Positions 1 through 9,380 of a stretch of DNA of 47,792 bases are shown here, piece by piece. The notes beneath the pieces are model-generated. The model was not told the DNA's origin and made no database searches. It saw only the letters and a program-made list of their open reading frames with translations. Location: the sequence record DRR723986_2421, one strand, 5' to 3'. How positions within the stretch are numbered: position 1 is the first letter of the stretch; each line of letters starts with the position of its first letter. Both the position numbers and the translations under genes were made by a program.

Positions 1-39
1 ACTCCGTGTACGCCGGTTCGATTCCGACCCCCGCCTCCA
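1..39 (+). tRNA. tRNA 3' portion, most likely tRNA-Cys (truncated by window edge)
   Basis: T-arm CCGGTTCGATTCCG and 3' end CCCCGCCTCCA with U discriminator typical of tRNA-Cys. It sits directly upstream of tRNA-Leu(TAA), as in the Gly-Cys-Leu cluster. The anticodon lies outside the window. Confidence 0.75.
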
Positions 40-56
40 AGTTTTTCAAGCCATCA

Positions 57-149
57 GCCCGGGTGGTGAAATTGGTAGACACAACGGACTTAAAATCCGT
101 CGCTTACCGTAAAAGGGGCGTACCGGTTCGATTCCGGTCCCGGGCACCA
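57..149 (+). tRNA. tRNA-Leu (anticodon TAA)
   Basis: GCCCGGG/CCCGGGC acceptor stem, D-loop GAAATTGGTAGAC, anticodon arm ACGGA-CTTAAAA-TCCGT, long variable arm, GGTTCGATTCC, encoded CCA. Confidence 0.96.
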
Positions 150-225
150 CTGGCCAGACTCTTACCTAGTTCAATCGCGCGTACAATAACGCATTGCGTT
201 TAGAACAACCTCAAAGAACAACACC

Positions 226-2301
226 GTGACTCGCCGAATTCTTGTTACCTCTGCCCTGCCCTATGCCAATGGCGCCATTCACTTGGGCCACCTGGTCGAA
301 TACATTCAAACTGACATCTGGGTCCGCTTTCAGAAAATGCAAAGTAACGAGGTGTATTACGTGTGTGCCGACGACACACACGGCACACCGGTCATGCTGC
401 GCGCACAAGCCGAGGGTATCAGCCCGGAAGAACTGATCGCGCGCGTGAGCACAGAGCATCAGCGGGACTTCGCCAGCTTCCACGTGGGCTTTGACAACTA
501 CTATTCCACCAACGCGCCAGAGAACAAGGCCCATTGCGAGACCATTTACACACGTTTGCGCGATGCAGGGCTCATTCAAACCCGCTCGGTGGAACAGTTC
601 TACGACCCAGTGAAGGAAATGTTTTTGCCGGACCGCTTCATCAAGGGCGAATGCCCGAAGTGCGGCGCAAAAGACCAATACGGAGATTCCTGCGAGGTGT
701 GCGGTGCCACTTACCAGCCCACCGAACTGAAAAACGCCTACTCCACTGTATCGGGCGCAGCGCCTGTGCGCAAAAGCTCTGACCATTACTTCTTCAAGCT
801 TTCAGACCCGCGCTGCGAGAATTTCCTCCGCCAATGGACGCAGAGCGAGGGCCGCCTTCAAGTTGAAGCCAGCCGGAAAATGCAAGAATGGCTGGGCGAA
901 GAAGGCAGTGGCAAACTGGCTGACTGGGACATTTCCCGCGACGCACCCTACTTCGGATTTGAAATCCCAGACGCACCTGGCAAATACTTCTATGTGTGGC
1001 TAGACGCACCGGTGGGTTACTTCGCCAGCTTCCAAAACCTGTGCGAACGCATTGGCGTGGATTATCAGGAATTCCTGAAAGCCGACACCAACACCGAGAT
1101 GATTCACTTCATCGGCAAAGACATTCTTTACTTCCATGCCCTGTTCTGGCCCGCCATGCTTCAGTTTGCCGGTTTGCGCACGCCCACCAAGGTCAACGCA
1201 CACGGTTTCCTGACTGTAGACGGCGCAAAAATGAGCAAAAGCCGCGGCACGTTCATTACTGCGGAAAGCTTTATTAAACAAGGTTTGAACCCGGAGTGGC
1301 TGCGCTATTACTTTGCAGCCAAGCTCAATTCCACCATGGAAGACCTGGACTTGAGTTTTACCGATTTCACAGCGCGCGTAAACAGCGATTTGGTTGGCAA
1401 ATACATCAACATTGCCAGCCGTAGCGCAGGCTTTTTGGTGAAGAATTTTGAAGGCCGCGTGCTGGATTCAGCCATGCAACATCCCTTGCTTGAAGAGATT
1501 CGCGCCCAAGCCGCAACAATTGCCACGCACTATGACGAACGTGAGTACGGCAAAGCCATTCGCGAAGTCATGGCCTGTGCCGACAAAGTCAACGCTTATG
1601 TAGATCAGGAAAAGCCATGGGAATTGGCAAAGAACCCGGACAAGCAGGTTGAATTGCAAACCGCCTGTTCGATTTGTCTGGAGGCATTCAGACTGCTAAC
1701 CCTGTATTTGAAACCCGTGCTACCGGTGCTGGCTGGCAATGCCGAGAATATTCTGGGTGTTGCCCCAATGACGTGGGCCGACGTGAACACACCGCTGAGC
1801 AGTTCAACACCTGTGCAGGCTTTCAAGCATCTGATGCAGCGTGTGGACCAAAAACAGATTGATGGATTGATTGAAGCCAACAAACAATCATTGGCTCCTG
1901 CCGCAACTGCTCCGATAAAAGCTGATACAAAAAAACCTGCCAATCAGACCGCAAGCAACGCGTCAGATGATTTCATCAACATTGATGACTTCGCAAAGAT
2001 CGATCTGCGAATTGGATTGGTTAAAGAGTGCAAAGCGGTTGAAGGATCGACCAAGCTGCTTCAACTCACGGTTGACCTTGGCGAAGAAAAGCCACGCAAT
2101 ATTTTTTCCGGCATTGCCGCGCACTATCAACCAGCGCAACTGCTTGGTCAATATGTGGTGGTAGTCGCCAACCTGGCGCCACGCAAAATGAAGTTTGGGC
2201 TTTCTGAAGGCATGGTGTTGTGCGCTGCCAGCGACGACGATACTGCGCTGAGCACACTCACCGCCTCGGGCAAACTGACGCCAGGAATGAAGATCAGCTA
2301 A
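226..2301 (+). CDS. metG: Methionine--tRNA ligase with C-terminal tRNA-binding domain
   Basis: [13 protein letters not shown] (HIGH), zinc knuckle CPKC...CEVC, KMSKS, C-terminal OB domain ([12 protein letters not shown]...[15 protein letters not shown]). GTG start. Confidence 0.98.
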   Translation: MTRRILVTSALPYANGAIHLGHLVEYIQTDIWVRFQKMQSNEVYYVCADDTHGTPVMLRAQAEGISPEELIARVSTEHQRDFASFHVGFDNYYSTNAPENKAHCETIYTRLRDAGLIQTRSVEQFYDPVKEMFLPDRFIKGECPKCGAKDQYGDSCEVCGATYQPTELKNAYSTVSGAAPVRKSSDHYFFKLSDPRCENFLRQWTQSEGRLQVEASRKMQEWLGEEGSGKLADWDISRDAPYFGFEIPDAPGKYFYVWLDAPVGYFASFQNLCERIGVDYQEFLKADTNTEMIHFIGKDILYFHALFWPAMLQFAGLRTPTKVNAHGFLTVDGAKMSKSRGTFITAESFIKQGLNPEWLRYYFAAKLNSTMEDLDLSFTDFTARVNSDLVGKYINIASRSAGFLVKNFEGRVLDSAMQHPLLEEIRAQAATIATHYDEREYGKAIREVMACADKVNAYVDQEKPWELAKNPDKQVELQTACSICLEAFRLLTLYLKPVLPVLAGNAENILGVAPMTWADVNTPLSSSTPVQAFKHLMQRVDQKQIDGLIEANKQSLAPAATAPIKADTKKPANQTASNASDDFINIDDFAKIDLRIGLVKECKAVEGSTKLLQLTVDLGEEKPRNIFSGIAAHYQPAQLLGQYVVVVANLAPRKMKFGLSEGMVLCAASDDDTALSTLTASGKLTPGMKIS

Positions 2302-2310
2302 AAGGAAACC

Positions 2311-4017
2311 ATGGCCACGCCTCAATTTTTCAAAACGCTCAAGCCATTCAAACCACGAATTGTTGAGAGCTTGCAGGGATACAACTTCCAGCGTTTTTTG
2401 AAAGATTTGGGCGCCGGTATTACCGTGGGGGTCGTGGCGTTGCCGTTGGCCATGGCGTTTGCAATCGCCAGTGGGCTTGAGCCACAAACCGGCCTGTTTA
2501 CCGCAATCGTAGCGGGCTTCATTATTTCCGCCTTTGGTGGCTCCAGCGTTCAGATCGGCGGCCCTGCTGGTGCGTTTATCGTAGTCGTGCTCGGGATCGT
2601 CAACCAATATGGTGTGGCCAATCTGATTGTCTGCACACTCATGGCGGGGGCGCTGCTGTTTCTCATGGGCCTGACTGGCCTTGGCAGCTTGGTTCGGCTC
2701 ATTCCCGTCAGCATTGTAATTGGCTTCACAAACGGAATTGCGGTCCTAATTGCCCTGTCACAAATCAAAGACTTCTTTGGTTTGAACATCGACGTGACTC
2801 AGGGCAATTTTTTTGAGAAGAACTGGGCATTGATTCAAGCCATTCCCGGCCTCAACTGGTCCGCGTTCCTTTTGGCCAGCGTCAGCCTCGCATTCCTTTT
2901 CCTGTGGCCAAAACTATTTTCCATGCTCAGCCGAGGACGCGCTGAAGGTACATTCCCGAAAATACTTCAAAGTGTTCCGGGTTCAGTCATTCTGCTGGTC
3001 GCGGGCACACTGGCGGCTTACATCCTGGGCTTGAATGTTGAAACAATCGGCAGCAAGTTCGGCGAAATTCCAAGAAGTCTGCCCACGCTGTCATGGCCAT
3101 CCATCGAAATTGCCAGTGTACAAACCCTGATCGGCCCCACCTTGACCATCGCATTTTTATGCGCAATTGAATCCCTGCTTTGCGCGCGAGTGGCCGATGG
3201 CATTACTCACGAAAAACACGACCCCAACCAGGAACTGATGGCCCAAGGCCTGGCCAATATCGCCTCTCCGCTGTTTGGCGGCATGCCCGCTACCGGAACC
3301 ATTGCCCGCACAGTGACCAATATCCGTTCTGGGGGCAGCTCGCCGATTGCGGGCATCATCCATTCATTGGTGCTCCTGATCATAATGCTGCTGGCTGCAC
3401 CACTGGCTTTTCACATCCCCTTGGCGGTATTGTCGGCGGTGCTCATGTTCGTGGCCTACAACATGGGGGAATGGCGAGAATTCCCAAAACTGAAGCAGTA
3501 CAGCAATGTCTACAAAATAATCATGCTGGCCACCTTTCTACTCACCGTGATTGTTGACCTGACCGTGGCTGTTGAGGTTGGCCTGGTGCTAGCCGGGGTA
3601 TTTTTCATTTACCGGGTATCCACGCTCACCGAATTTATTCCCGTTTACCTCAAAGATGAAGACCGCGCCAAGGGTATTGTGGCCTACACAATTTATGGAT
3701 CTCTCTTCTTTGCAGTGGTCGGGAAGATAGAGAATCTGATTCTGAACACCAGCAAGACCACTCGAATTTTAGTTCTCGACCTTCATCAAACCATTTCAAT
3801 CGACACCACAGCGCTGGAATGCCTTGAAGAACTGAACACTGACTTACAGCGTGCGGGTCACACACTGATCTTTTGCGGCTTGAACAGTCAGGCGTTATCC
3901 CTGTTCAAACGCAGTGGTTTCATGGCTCAGCTCCATGCCGGGCAAATACAAATCGACTTTTCTGCAGCGATGGCACACGCCCATGCAATTTCCATCGAGG
4001 ATCGGGCTGGCGCCTGA
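2311..4017 (+). CDS. SulP/SLC26 family anion transporter with STAS domain
   Basis: DLGAGITVGVVALPLAMAFA, QIGGPAGA, HDPNQELMAQG, C-terminal STAS (IYGSLFF...IDTTALECL). AAGGA RBS. Confidence 0.93.
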   Translation: MATPQFFKTLKPFKPRIVESLQGYNFQRFLKDLGAGITVGVVALPLAMAFAIASGLEPQTGLFTAIVAGFIISAFGGSSVQIGGPAGAFIVVVLGIVNQYGVANLIVCTLMAGALLFLMGLTGLGSLVRLIPVSIVIGFTNGIAVLIALSQIKDFFGLNIDVTQGNFFEKNWALIQAIPGLNWSAFLLASVSLAFLFLWPKLFSMLSRGRAEGTFPKILQSVPGSVILLVAGTLAAYILGLNVETIGSKFGEIPRSLPTLSWPSIEIASVQTLIGPTLTIAFLCAIESLLCARVADGITHEKHDPNQELMAQGLANIASPLFGGMPATGTIARTVTNIRSGGSSPIAGIIHSLVLLIIMLLAAPLAFHIPLAVLSAVLMFVAYNMGEWREFPKLKQYSNVYKIIMLATFLLTVIVDLTVAVEVGLVLAGVFFIYRVSTLTEFIPVYLKDEDRAKGIVAYTIYGSLFFAVVGKIENLILNTSKTTRILVLDLHQTISIDTTALECLEELNTDLQRAGHTLIFCGLNSQALSLFKRSGFMAQLHAGQIQIDFSAAMAHAHAISIEDRAGA

Positions 4018-4062
4018 TAAAATAGAAATATCCTTTAAAAACCATTTATTTGGCACGCCACC

Positions 4063-4245
4063 ATGCAATACGAATCTGAAGCAACCCAGTTTTTAACACA
4101 ACTCAAGACTGAACGTCCCCATCTGGAAAACGAACAGCAAAAGGGTCGCGCCCTATTGTGGGACAAGCAACTGGACCGGAGTTTGCAAGAGGGATTCAAG
4201 CAAGCCAGGGTGCCGCAAAAACCCTATGTGTATCAAAGCAAATAA
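4063..4245 (+). CDS. DUF3460-family small protein
   Basis: YESEATQFL...GRALLWDK...VPQKPYVYQ matches the betaproteobacterial small protein habitually found upstream of scpA. Confidence 0.8.
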   Translation: MQYESEATQFLTQLKTERPHLENEQQKGRALLWDKQLDRSLQEGFKQARVPQKPYVYQSK

Positions 4246-4257
4246 AGTGCACCCACT

Positions 4258-5136
4258 TTGAGCAGCGAACTCGACGACATCAGTGTACTGAACCCGAACG
4301 ACAGCACCCCCGATACGGTGGATGGGGTTGGTTTGGCCCGCCTGTATGGTGCCCCGCTGTTCAATATGCCCAAGGATCTCTATATACCGCCAGACGCGCT
4401 GGAGGTCTTTCTGGAGGCTTTTGAAGGTCCTCTGGATTTGCTGCTTTACCTGATCCGCAAGCAAAACTTCAATATTCTGGACATTCCAATGGCGGAGTTG
4501 ACCCGCCAGTACCTCACCTACATTGAAGAGATTCGCACCCGCAACCTTGAATTGGCTGCTGAATACCTGCTCATGGCCGCCATGCTGATTGAGATCAAAT
4601 CTCGAATGCTGTTGCCCGTGATTCCCAAAGACGGTGAGGAAGAAGCGGAAGATCCGCGCGCCGAGCTGGCTCGCCGCCTGATTGAATATGAGCAAATGAA
4701 GCTGGCAGCCCAAGAACTCGACAAGGTACCACTGGTGGGCCGGGATTTCTGGATTGCTCACGCCTTCCACGACCCGAATACTGTTGAACGTTTTCCTGAT
4801 GTAAACCCCGAAGAACTTCGGGATGCCTGGCAGGCGATTTTGCGCCGTGCGTCCCTGGTCAAGGCTCACACCATTTCGCGCGAAGAACTGTCAGTGCGTG
4901 AGCACATGACCATGATTTTGCGCCGCCTTCAAACCCAGAAGTTTGTTGAGTTTTTCGACATGTTCGACGTTGAACGTGGCGTACCTGTGGTGGTGGTCAA
5001 CTTCATCGCCATGCTGGAACTGACCCGGGAGGGTTTGGTGAAAGTGACACAGGCTGAACCATTTGCCCCCATCTATGTTCGCCTGGGTTATGAAGCCACG
5101 GGCGGCAGCGGCGCCGACAGTATCATTCCCGCGTAA
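4258..5136 (+). CDS. scpA: Segregation/condensation protein A (kleisin of SMC complex)
   Basis: FEGPLDLLLYLIRK, AAEYLLMAAMLIEIKSRMLLP, EDPRAEL and FIAMLEL motifs. TTG start. Confidence 0.95.
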   Translation: MSSELDDISVLNPNDSTPDTVDGVGLARLYGAPLFNMPKDLYIPPDALEVFLEAFEGPLDLLLYLIRKQNFNILDIPMAELTRQYLTYIEEIRTRNLELAAEYLLMAAMLIEIKSRMLLPVIPKDGEEEAEDPRAELARRLIEYEQMKLAAQELDKVPLVGRDFWIAHAFHDPNTVERFPDVNPEELRDAWQAILRRASLVKAHTISREELSVREHMTMILRRLQTQKFVEFFDMFDVERGVPVVVVNFIAMLELTREGLVKVTQAEPFAPIYVRLGYEATGGSGADSIIPA

Positions 5137-5304
5137 GTCGCACATCATGGCTGCACGTTTTTGCTTCGATGGCCCAGCCGCATACCCTTTCGCGCCAGAA
5201 AGCCTGAAGACCCCCCTTGTTGTTGATTCATCACCCTAAGCGCACCCGCTAACAAAGCGGGCGAGTTGCGGCTGCTTGCGGCTTGCGCGAGCATGATGCG
5301 CGAC
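5137..5304 (-). ncRNA. Putative structured RNA element in the dnaJ 3' region (unassigned)
   Basis: 13-bp terminal helix plus several nested helices. Mismatches are A-C on the + strand and G-U on the - strand (see findings). Confidence 0.5.
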
Positions 5305-5311
5305 ATGCCGT

Positions 5312-6436
5312 TCAGCCGAAAAAGTCTTTCACCTTGTCCATCCAGCTCTTCGCGCGTGGTGAATGCTTGTCACCATCAGCCGTACACGATTGCTCAAACT
5401 CCTTGAGCAATTCTTTTTGACGCTCTGACAAACGCACCGGTGTTTCCACCACAATGTGACAGAACAAATCACCCGGATAGGATGAGCGCACACCCTTGAT
5501 GCCCTTGCCTCGCAAACGGAAGGTCTTTCCAGTCTGCGTTCCTTCGGGAATGTCGAATGAAGCTTTACCTCCCAAAGTGGGCACCTCAATGGTTCCACCC
5601 AACGCAGCAGCGGCAAATGAAACCGGCATTTCACAATGCAGGTCATCACCATCACGCTGAAAAACCGCGTGTTCTTTCAAATGCACTTCCACATAGAGGT
5701 CACCTGCAGGCCCGCCATTAACCCCAGGTTCACCCTTGCCACTCAAGCGAATACGCATTCCGTCGTCTATGCCAGCAGGCACTTTCACTTCCAGCGTCTT
5801 GTTGGTCTTCTTGCGACCCAAACCCTCACAGTCGTGGCATGGGTGCGGAATCATCTTACCGGTGCCATGGCACTTCGGACAGGTCTGCTGCACGCTGAAA
5901 AAGCCCTGCGTCATGCGCACCGCACCCGACCCACCACAGGTTGAACAAGTTTCAGGCTTGGTGCCCGGCTTGGCACCACTTCCCGAGCAAGTACCGCAGT
6001 TGTCCCACACTGGCACACGGATTTGGGTATCAAAACCTTTGGCTGCCTGCTCCAGCGTAATTTCCATGTTGTACTTCAGGTCTGAGCCCCGGTACATCTG
6101 CGACTGGCGAGAGCCCCCACCTGCCCGGCCGCCAAAAATATCTCCGAAAATATCGCCAAACGCGTCTGAGAAATCCGAGAAGCCGCCGGCACCGCCGCCA
6201 CCCATATTCGGGTCTACACCCGCATGACCATGCCGATCATAAGCGGCACGCTTTTTGGGGTCGGTCAACATCTCGTAGGCTTCTTTGGCCTCTTTGAACT
6301 TGGCCTCCGCATCCTTGCTGTCTGGATTGCGGTCGGGGTGATACTTCATGGCCATTTTTCGATAGGCTTTTTTCAGCTCATCGTCGGTGGCATTTTTTTG
6401 TACACCCAAAATCTCGTAGAAGTCCCGTTTTGCCAT
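5312..6436 (-). CDS. dnaJ: Chaperone DnaJ
   Basis: J domain with HPD, G/F region, four CxxCxGxG repeats. Confidence 0.99.
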   Translation of the reverse strand: MAKRDFYEILGVQKNATDDELKKAYRKMAMKYHPDRNPDSKDAEAKFKEAKEAYEMLTDPKKRAAYDRHGHAGVDPNMGGGGAGGFSDFSDAFGDIFGDIFGGRAGGGSRQSQMYRGSDLKYNMEITLEQAAKGFDTQIRVPVWDNCGTCSGSGAKPGTKPETCSTCGGSGAVRMTQGFFSVQQTCPKCHGTGKMIPHPCHDCEGLGRKKTNKTLEVKVPAGIDDGMRIRLSGKGEPGVNGGPAGDLYVEVHLKEHAVFQRDGDDLHCEMPVSFAAAALGGTIEVPTLGGKASFDIPEGTQTGKTFRLRGKGIKGVRSSYPGDLFCHIVVETPVRLSERQKELLKEFEQSCTADGDKHSPRAKSWMDKVKDFFG

Positions 6437-6452
6437 GTCAGTCTCAATTCGT

Positions 6453-6571
6453 GCAGCTGTTCGCGAAACACTGCTTTTATTCGTACAAAAAGGGCTTCAC
6501 TGAAAAACCGCAACATATGCAGCCAGCCAGTGTGCCCTTGGTTTTCGGCGAAGCACCCACAGGTGCTTCGC
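6453..6571 (-). other. Three stem-loops in the dnaK-dnaJ spacer
   Basis: GCGAAGCACC-N4-GGTGCTTCGC (6548-6571), interrupted stem AAGGGC...GCCCTT (6490-6539), GCAG-C-TGTT...AACA-CTGC (6453-6474). Confidence 0.6.
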
Positions 6572-6579
6572 TGCCAACA

Positions 6580-8532
6580 TCACTTGTCTTTCACTTCCTT
6601 GAAGTCTGCATCTACTACATCGTCAGCATCGTCTTTCTTGGAAGAAGACTGCTGCTCAGCGCCACCTGGGTTTGCACCGGCTGCAGCACCTTCAGCAGCC
6701 TGTTGAGCCTGCATGTCGGCGTACATCTTCTCGCCCAATTTCTGGGCTGACTCAGCCAATTCCTTCGTACGGGCATCAATTGCGTCTTTGTCGTCGCCCT
6801 TGGCGGCCTCTTCCAAGGCTTTGCAAGCAGCTTCAATTTTTTCCTTTTCGCCTGCGTCCAGCTTGTCACCATATTCACCGAGTGACTTGCGGGTGCTGTG
6901 CACCAGTGCGTCAGCCTGGTTCTTGGCTTCAGCCAATTCACGGCGCTTGGCGTCATCCGCTGCATTGGCTTCAGCGTCTTTCACCATTTTCTGGATCTCA
7001 TCTTCACTCAAACCAGAGTTGGCTTTGATCACAATCTTGTTTTCTTTGCCAGTGCCCTTGTCTTTCGCTGACACATGCAAAATACCGTTTGCGTCAATGT
7101 CGAAAGTCACTTCAATTTGTGGCACACCTCGTGGCGCGGGTGGAATGCCTTCCAGATTAAATTCACCCAAGCTCTTGTTGTCGTTGGCCATTTGGCGCTC
7201 CCCCTGGAACACCTTGATGGTTACTGCAGGCTGGTTGTCGTCTGCAGTTGAAAACACCTGGCTGAATTTGGTCGGAATGGTCGTGTTTTTCTCGATCATC
7301 TTGGTCATCACGCCACCCATGGTCTCGATACCCAGAGACAGCGGTGTTACATCCAGCAACAAGACATCTTTGCGATCACCACTCAGCACGGAACCTTGAA
7401 TGGCAGCGCCGGCAGCCACGGCCTCATCGGGGTTCACGTCTTTGCGGGGTTCCTTGCCGAAGAAGTTTTTCACAGCCTCCTGAACCTTCGGCATGCGGGT
7501 CATACCGCCCACCAGGATCACGTCATCAATTTGCGAAGTGGACACACCGGCATCTTTCAAAGCCATTTTCATGGGCTCTACAGTGCGGGCAATCAGGTCT
7601 TCAACCAACGCTTCCAGCTTGGAGCGGCTCAGCTTGGTGGTCAGGTGCACAGGTGCACCATTGGCCATTGCAATGTAGGGCTCGTTGATTTCAGTTTGCT
7701 GCGAAGAGGACAGTTCAATTTTTGCGCGCTCAGCCGCGGCCTTGATACGCTGCAAAGCAATTGGATCTTTCGACAAATCAACGCCATTGTTCTTTTTGAA
7801 CTCGTCGATGATGTGGTCGATGATGCGCTGGTCGAAGTCTTCGCCACCCAGGAATGTATCACCATTCGTTGACAACACTTCAAACTGCTTCTCACCATCG
7901 ATGTCGGCAATCTCAATGATGGACACGTCGAAGGTACCACCACCCAAGTCATATACGGCAATTTTGCGGTCGCCCTTCTCGGCCTTGTCCATACCGAACG
8001 CCAAAGCGGCTGCGGTGGGCTCGTTAATGATGCGCTTTACGTCGAGGCCCGCGATGCGACCGGCATCTTTCGTAGCCTGACGCTGACTGTCGTTGAAGTA
8101 GGCAGGCACGGTAATCACAGCCTCGGTCACCTCTTCACCCAAATAATCTTCGGCAGTTTTCTTCATTTTGCGCAGCACTTCAGCCGACACCTGGGGAGGT
8201 GCCAGTTTTTGATCGCGCACGCTAACCCATGCGTCGCCGTTGTCAGCTTTCATGATGGAAAAAGGCATCATGTCGATGTCTTTTTGCACTTCGGCATCTT
8301 CAAACTTGCGGCCAATCAAACGCTTTACCGCATACAAGGTGTTCTTGGGATTGGTCACAGCCTGGCGCTTGGCGGGTGCCCCGACCAGAATCTCACCGTC
8401 TTCCATGTAAGCGATAATTGAAGGAGTTGTGCGGGCACCTTCCGAGTTTTCGATCACTTTGTAGCCACCGCCTTCAAACACTGCCACGCAAGAATTGGTG
8501 GTACCCAAGTCAATGCCAATAATCTTTCCCAT
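6580..8532 (-). CDS. dnaK: Chaperone DnaK (Hsp70)
   Basis: [38 protein letters not shown] tail. Confidence 0.99.
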   Translation of the reverse strand: MGKIIGIDLGTTNSCVAVFEGGGYKVIENSEGARTTPSIIAYMEDGEILVGAPAKRQAVTNPKNTLYAVKRLIGRKFEDAEVQKDIDMMPFSIMKADNGDAWVSVRDQKLAPPQVSAEVLRKMKKTAEDYLGEEVTEAVITVPAYFNDSQRQATKDAGRIAGLDVKRIINEPTAAALAFGMDKAEKGDRKIAVYDLGGGTFDVSIIEIADIDGEKQFEVLSTNGDTFLGGEDFDQRIIDHIIDEFKKNNGVDLSKDPIALQRIKAAAERAKIELSSSQQTEINEPYIAMANGAPVHLTTKLSRSKLEALVEDLIARTVEPMKMALKDAGVSTSQIDDVILVGGMTRMPKVQEAVKNFFGKEPRKDVNPDEAVAAGAAIQGSVLSGDRKDVLLLDVTPLSLGIETMGGVMTKMIEKNTTIPTKFSQVFSTADDNQPAVTIKVFQGERQMANDNKSLGEFNLEGIPPAPRGVPQIEVTFDIDANGILHVSAKDKGTGKENKIVIKANSGLSEDEIQKMVKDAEANAADDAKRRELAEAKNQADALVHSTRKSLGEYGDKLDAGEKEKIEAACKALEEAAKGDDKDAIDARTKELAESAQKLGEKMYADMQAQQAAEGAAAGANPGGAEQQSSSKKDDADDVVDADFKEVKDK

Positions 8533-8578
8533 GAATTTCTCCGTGATTTCTAAATTCAGTAATGTTCAGTTAAGCCTG

Positions 8579-8606
8579 ATATGGGGTTTAACCCCTTCAG
8601 TTCAAG
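8579..8606 (-). promoter_or_regulatory. Sigma32 (RpoH) promoter of dnaK
   Basis: Minus strand CTTGAA-N14-CCCCATAT, matching the RpoH consensus. Confidence 0.88.
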
Positions 8607-8645
8607 GGTTTTTCCAGCCCAGCCTCAAAAAATTTATTGCACCAC

Positions 8646-9245
8646 TCACTGTGCCACTGAGACCAAAGCAGGTCGCAACACACGGTCATTGATTAAATAA
8701 CCCTTCTGCAACACCGCCACCACATGGTTAGACGCCACAGGGGGATCAACCGAATCGCCTGGAACCATCGCCACAGCCTGGTGTTGGTTAGGGTTGAATT
8801 TCTCGCCAACCGGGTTCAACACCACCACCTTGCCGCGCTCGAATGCGGCTTCGAGCTGACGCAGAGTCGCAGCAACACCATCTTTCAAAGCTTCAGGGGT
8901 TTGGTTTTCCACTGCCAAAGCCATTTCCAGGCTGTCGCGTACAGGAACCAAAGACTCTGCGAATGATTCAATGGCGTACTTGTGAGCTTTGGCTACGTCC
9001 TCCTGCGTACGGCGACGCAGATTCTCCATGTCAGCGGCCAGACGCAGATAAACCTCTTTGGATTTCTCAACTTCGTGGTGTGCATTTTCCAATGCAGCCT
9101 TGAGTACGGAGATTTCATCTTGGGGCGCTTCTTGCTGAACAGCCTGCTCGGTTTCTTGTTGGGTCCGCGCGCCTTGCTGCTGACCTTCTGGTGCCTGGGC
9201 AGACGTTTGTTCGTCTGTGTTCGGCTTTCCAGTGGGCTCTGACAT
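8646..9245 (-). CDS. grpE: Nucleotide exchange factor GrpE
   Basis: [44 protein letters not shown]. Start set at ATG 9245 after a GGAGG RBS. Confidence 0.97.
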   Translation of the reverse strand: MSEPTGKPNTDEQTSAQAPEGQQQGARTQQETEQAVQQEAPQDEISVLKAALENAHHEVEKSKEVYLRLAADMENLRRRTQEDVAKAHKYAIESFAESLVPVRDSLEMALAVENQTPEALKDGVAATLRQLEAAFERGKVVVLNPVGEKFNPNQHQAVAMVPGDSVDPPVASNHVVAVLQKGYLINDRVLRPALVSVAQ

Positions 9246-9313
9246 GTCTTTTCCTCCATATAAAATCGAAAGAGGCGTCAAAAAGTGTATTGACCGCCCC
9301 CACTATGGACGGC

Positions 9314-9350
9314 AAATGGGGGCTTGAACGTCAATTTCAAGCCCCCATTC
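9314..9350. promoter_or_regulatory. Sigma32 promoter of grpE embedded in a perfect 14-bp inverted repeat
   Basis: Minus strand: CTTGAA-N14-CCCCATTT. Plus strand: CTTGAA(9323-9328)-N14-CCCCATTC. Repeat: AATGGGGGCTTGAA-N7-TTCAAGCCCCCATT. Confidence 0.85.
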
Positions 9351-9380
9351 ACACAAAAGCCCAAAAAAGATACGAGATTT

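Noticed and set aside
5188..5234. Hammerhead-like words on the minus strand (GUGAUGA ... CGAAA) inside the structured element
   Set aside because: The core needs CUGANGA directly flanked by stems I and II plus an NUH site. The first base is G and the helix geometry does not fit.
5147..5239. 30-codon ORF MAARFCFDGPAAYPFAPESLKTPLVVDSSP after scpA
   Set aside because: No RBS and no recognisable features. The sequence is better explained by the RNA structure.
5137..5304. Retron msr-msd or cobalamin riboswitch reading of the terminal inverted repeat
   Set aside because: No reverse transcriptase nearby, no B12-box consensus, and the element lies between two stop codons rather than in a 5' leader.
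6713..8080. Long antisense ORFs over dnaK (similar ones over takP, phaZ, parC, htpG and rnr)
   Set aside because: Typical shadow ORFs arising from codon bias of the real genes. No RBS or motifs.
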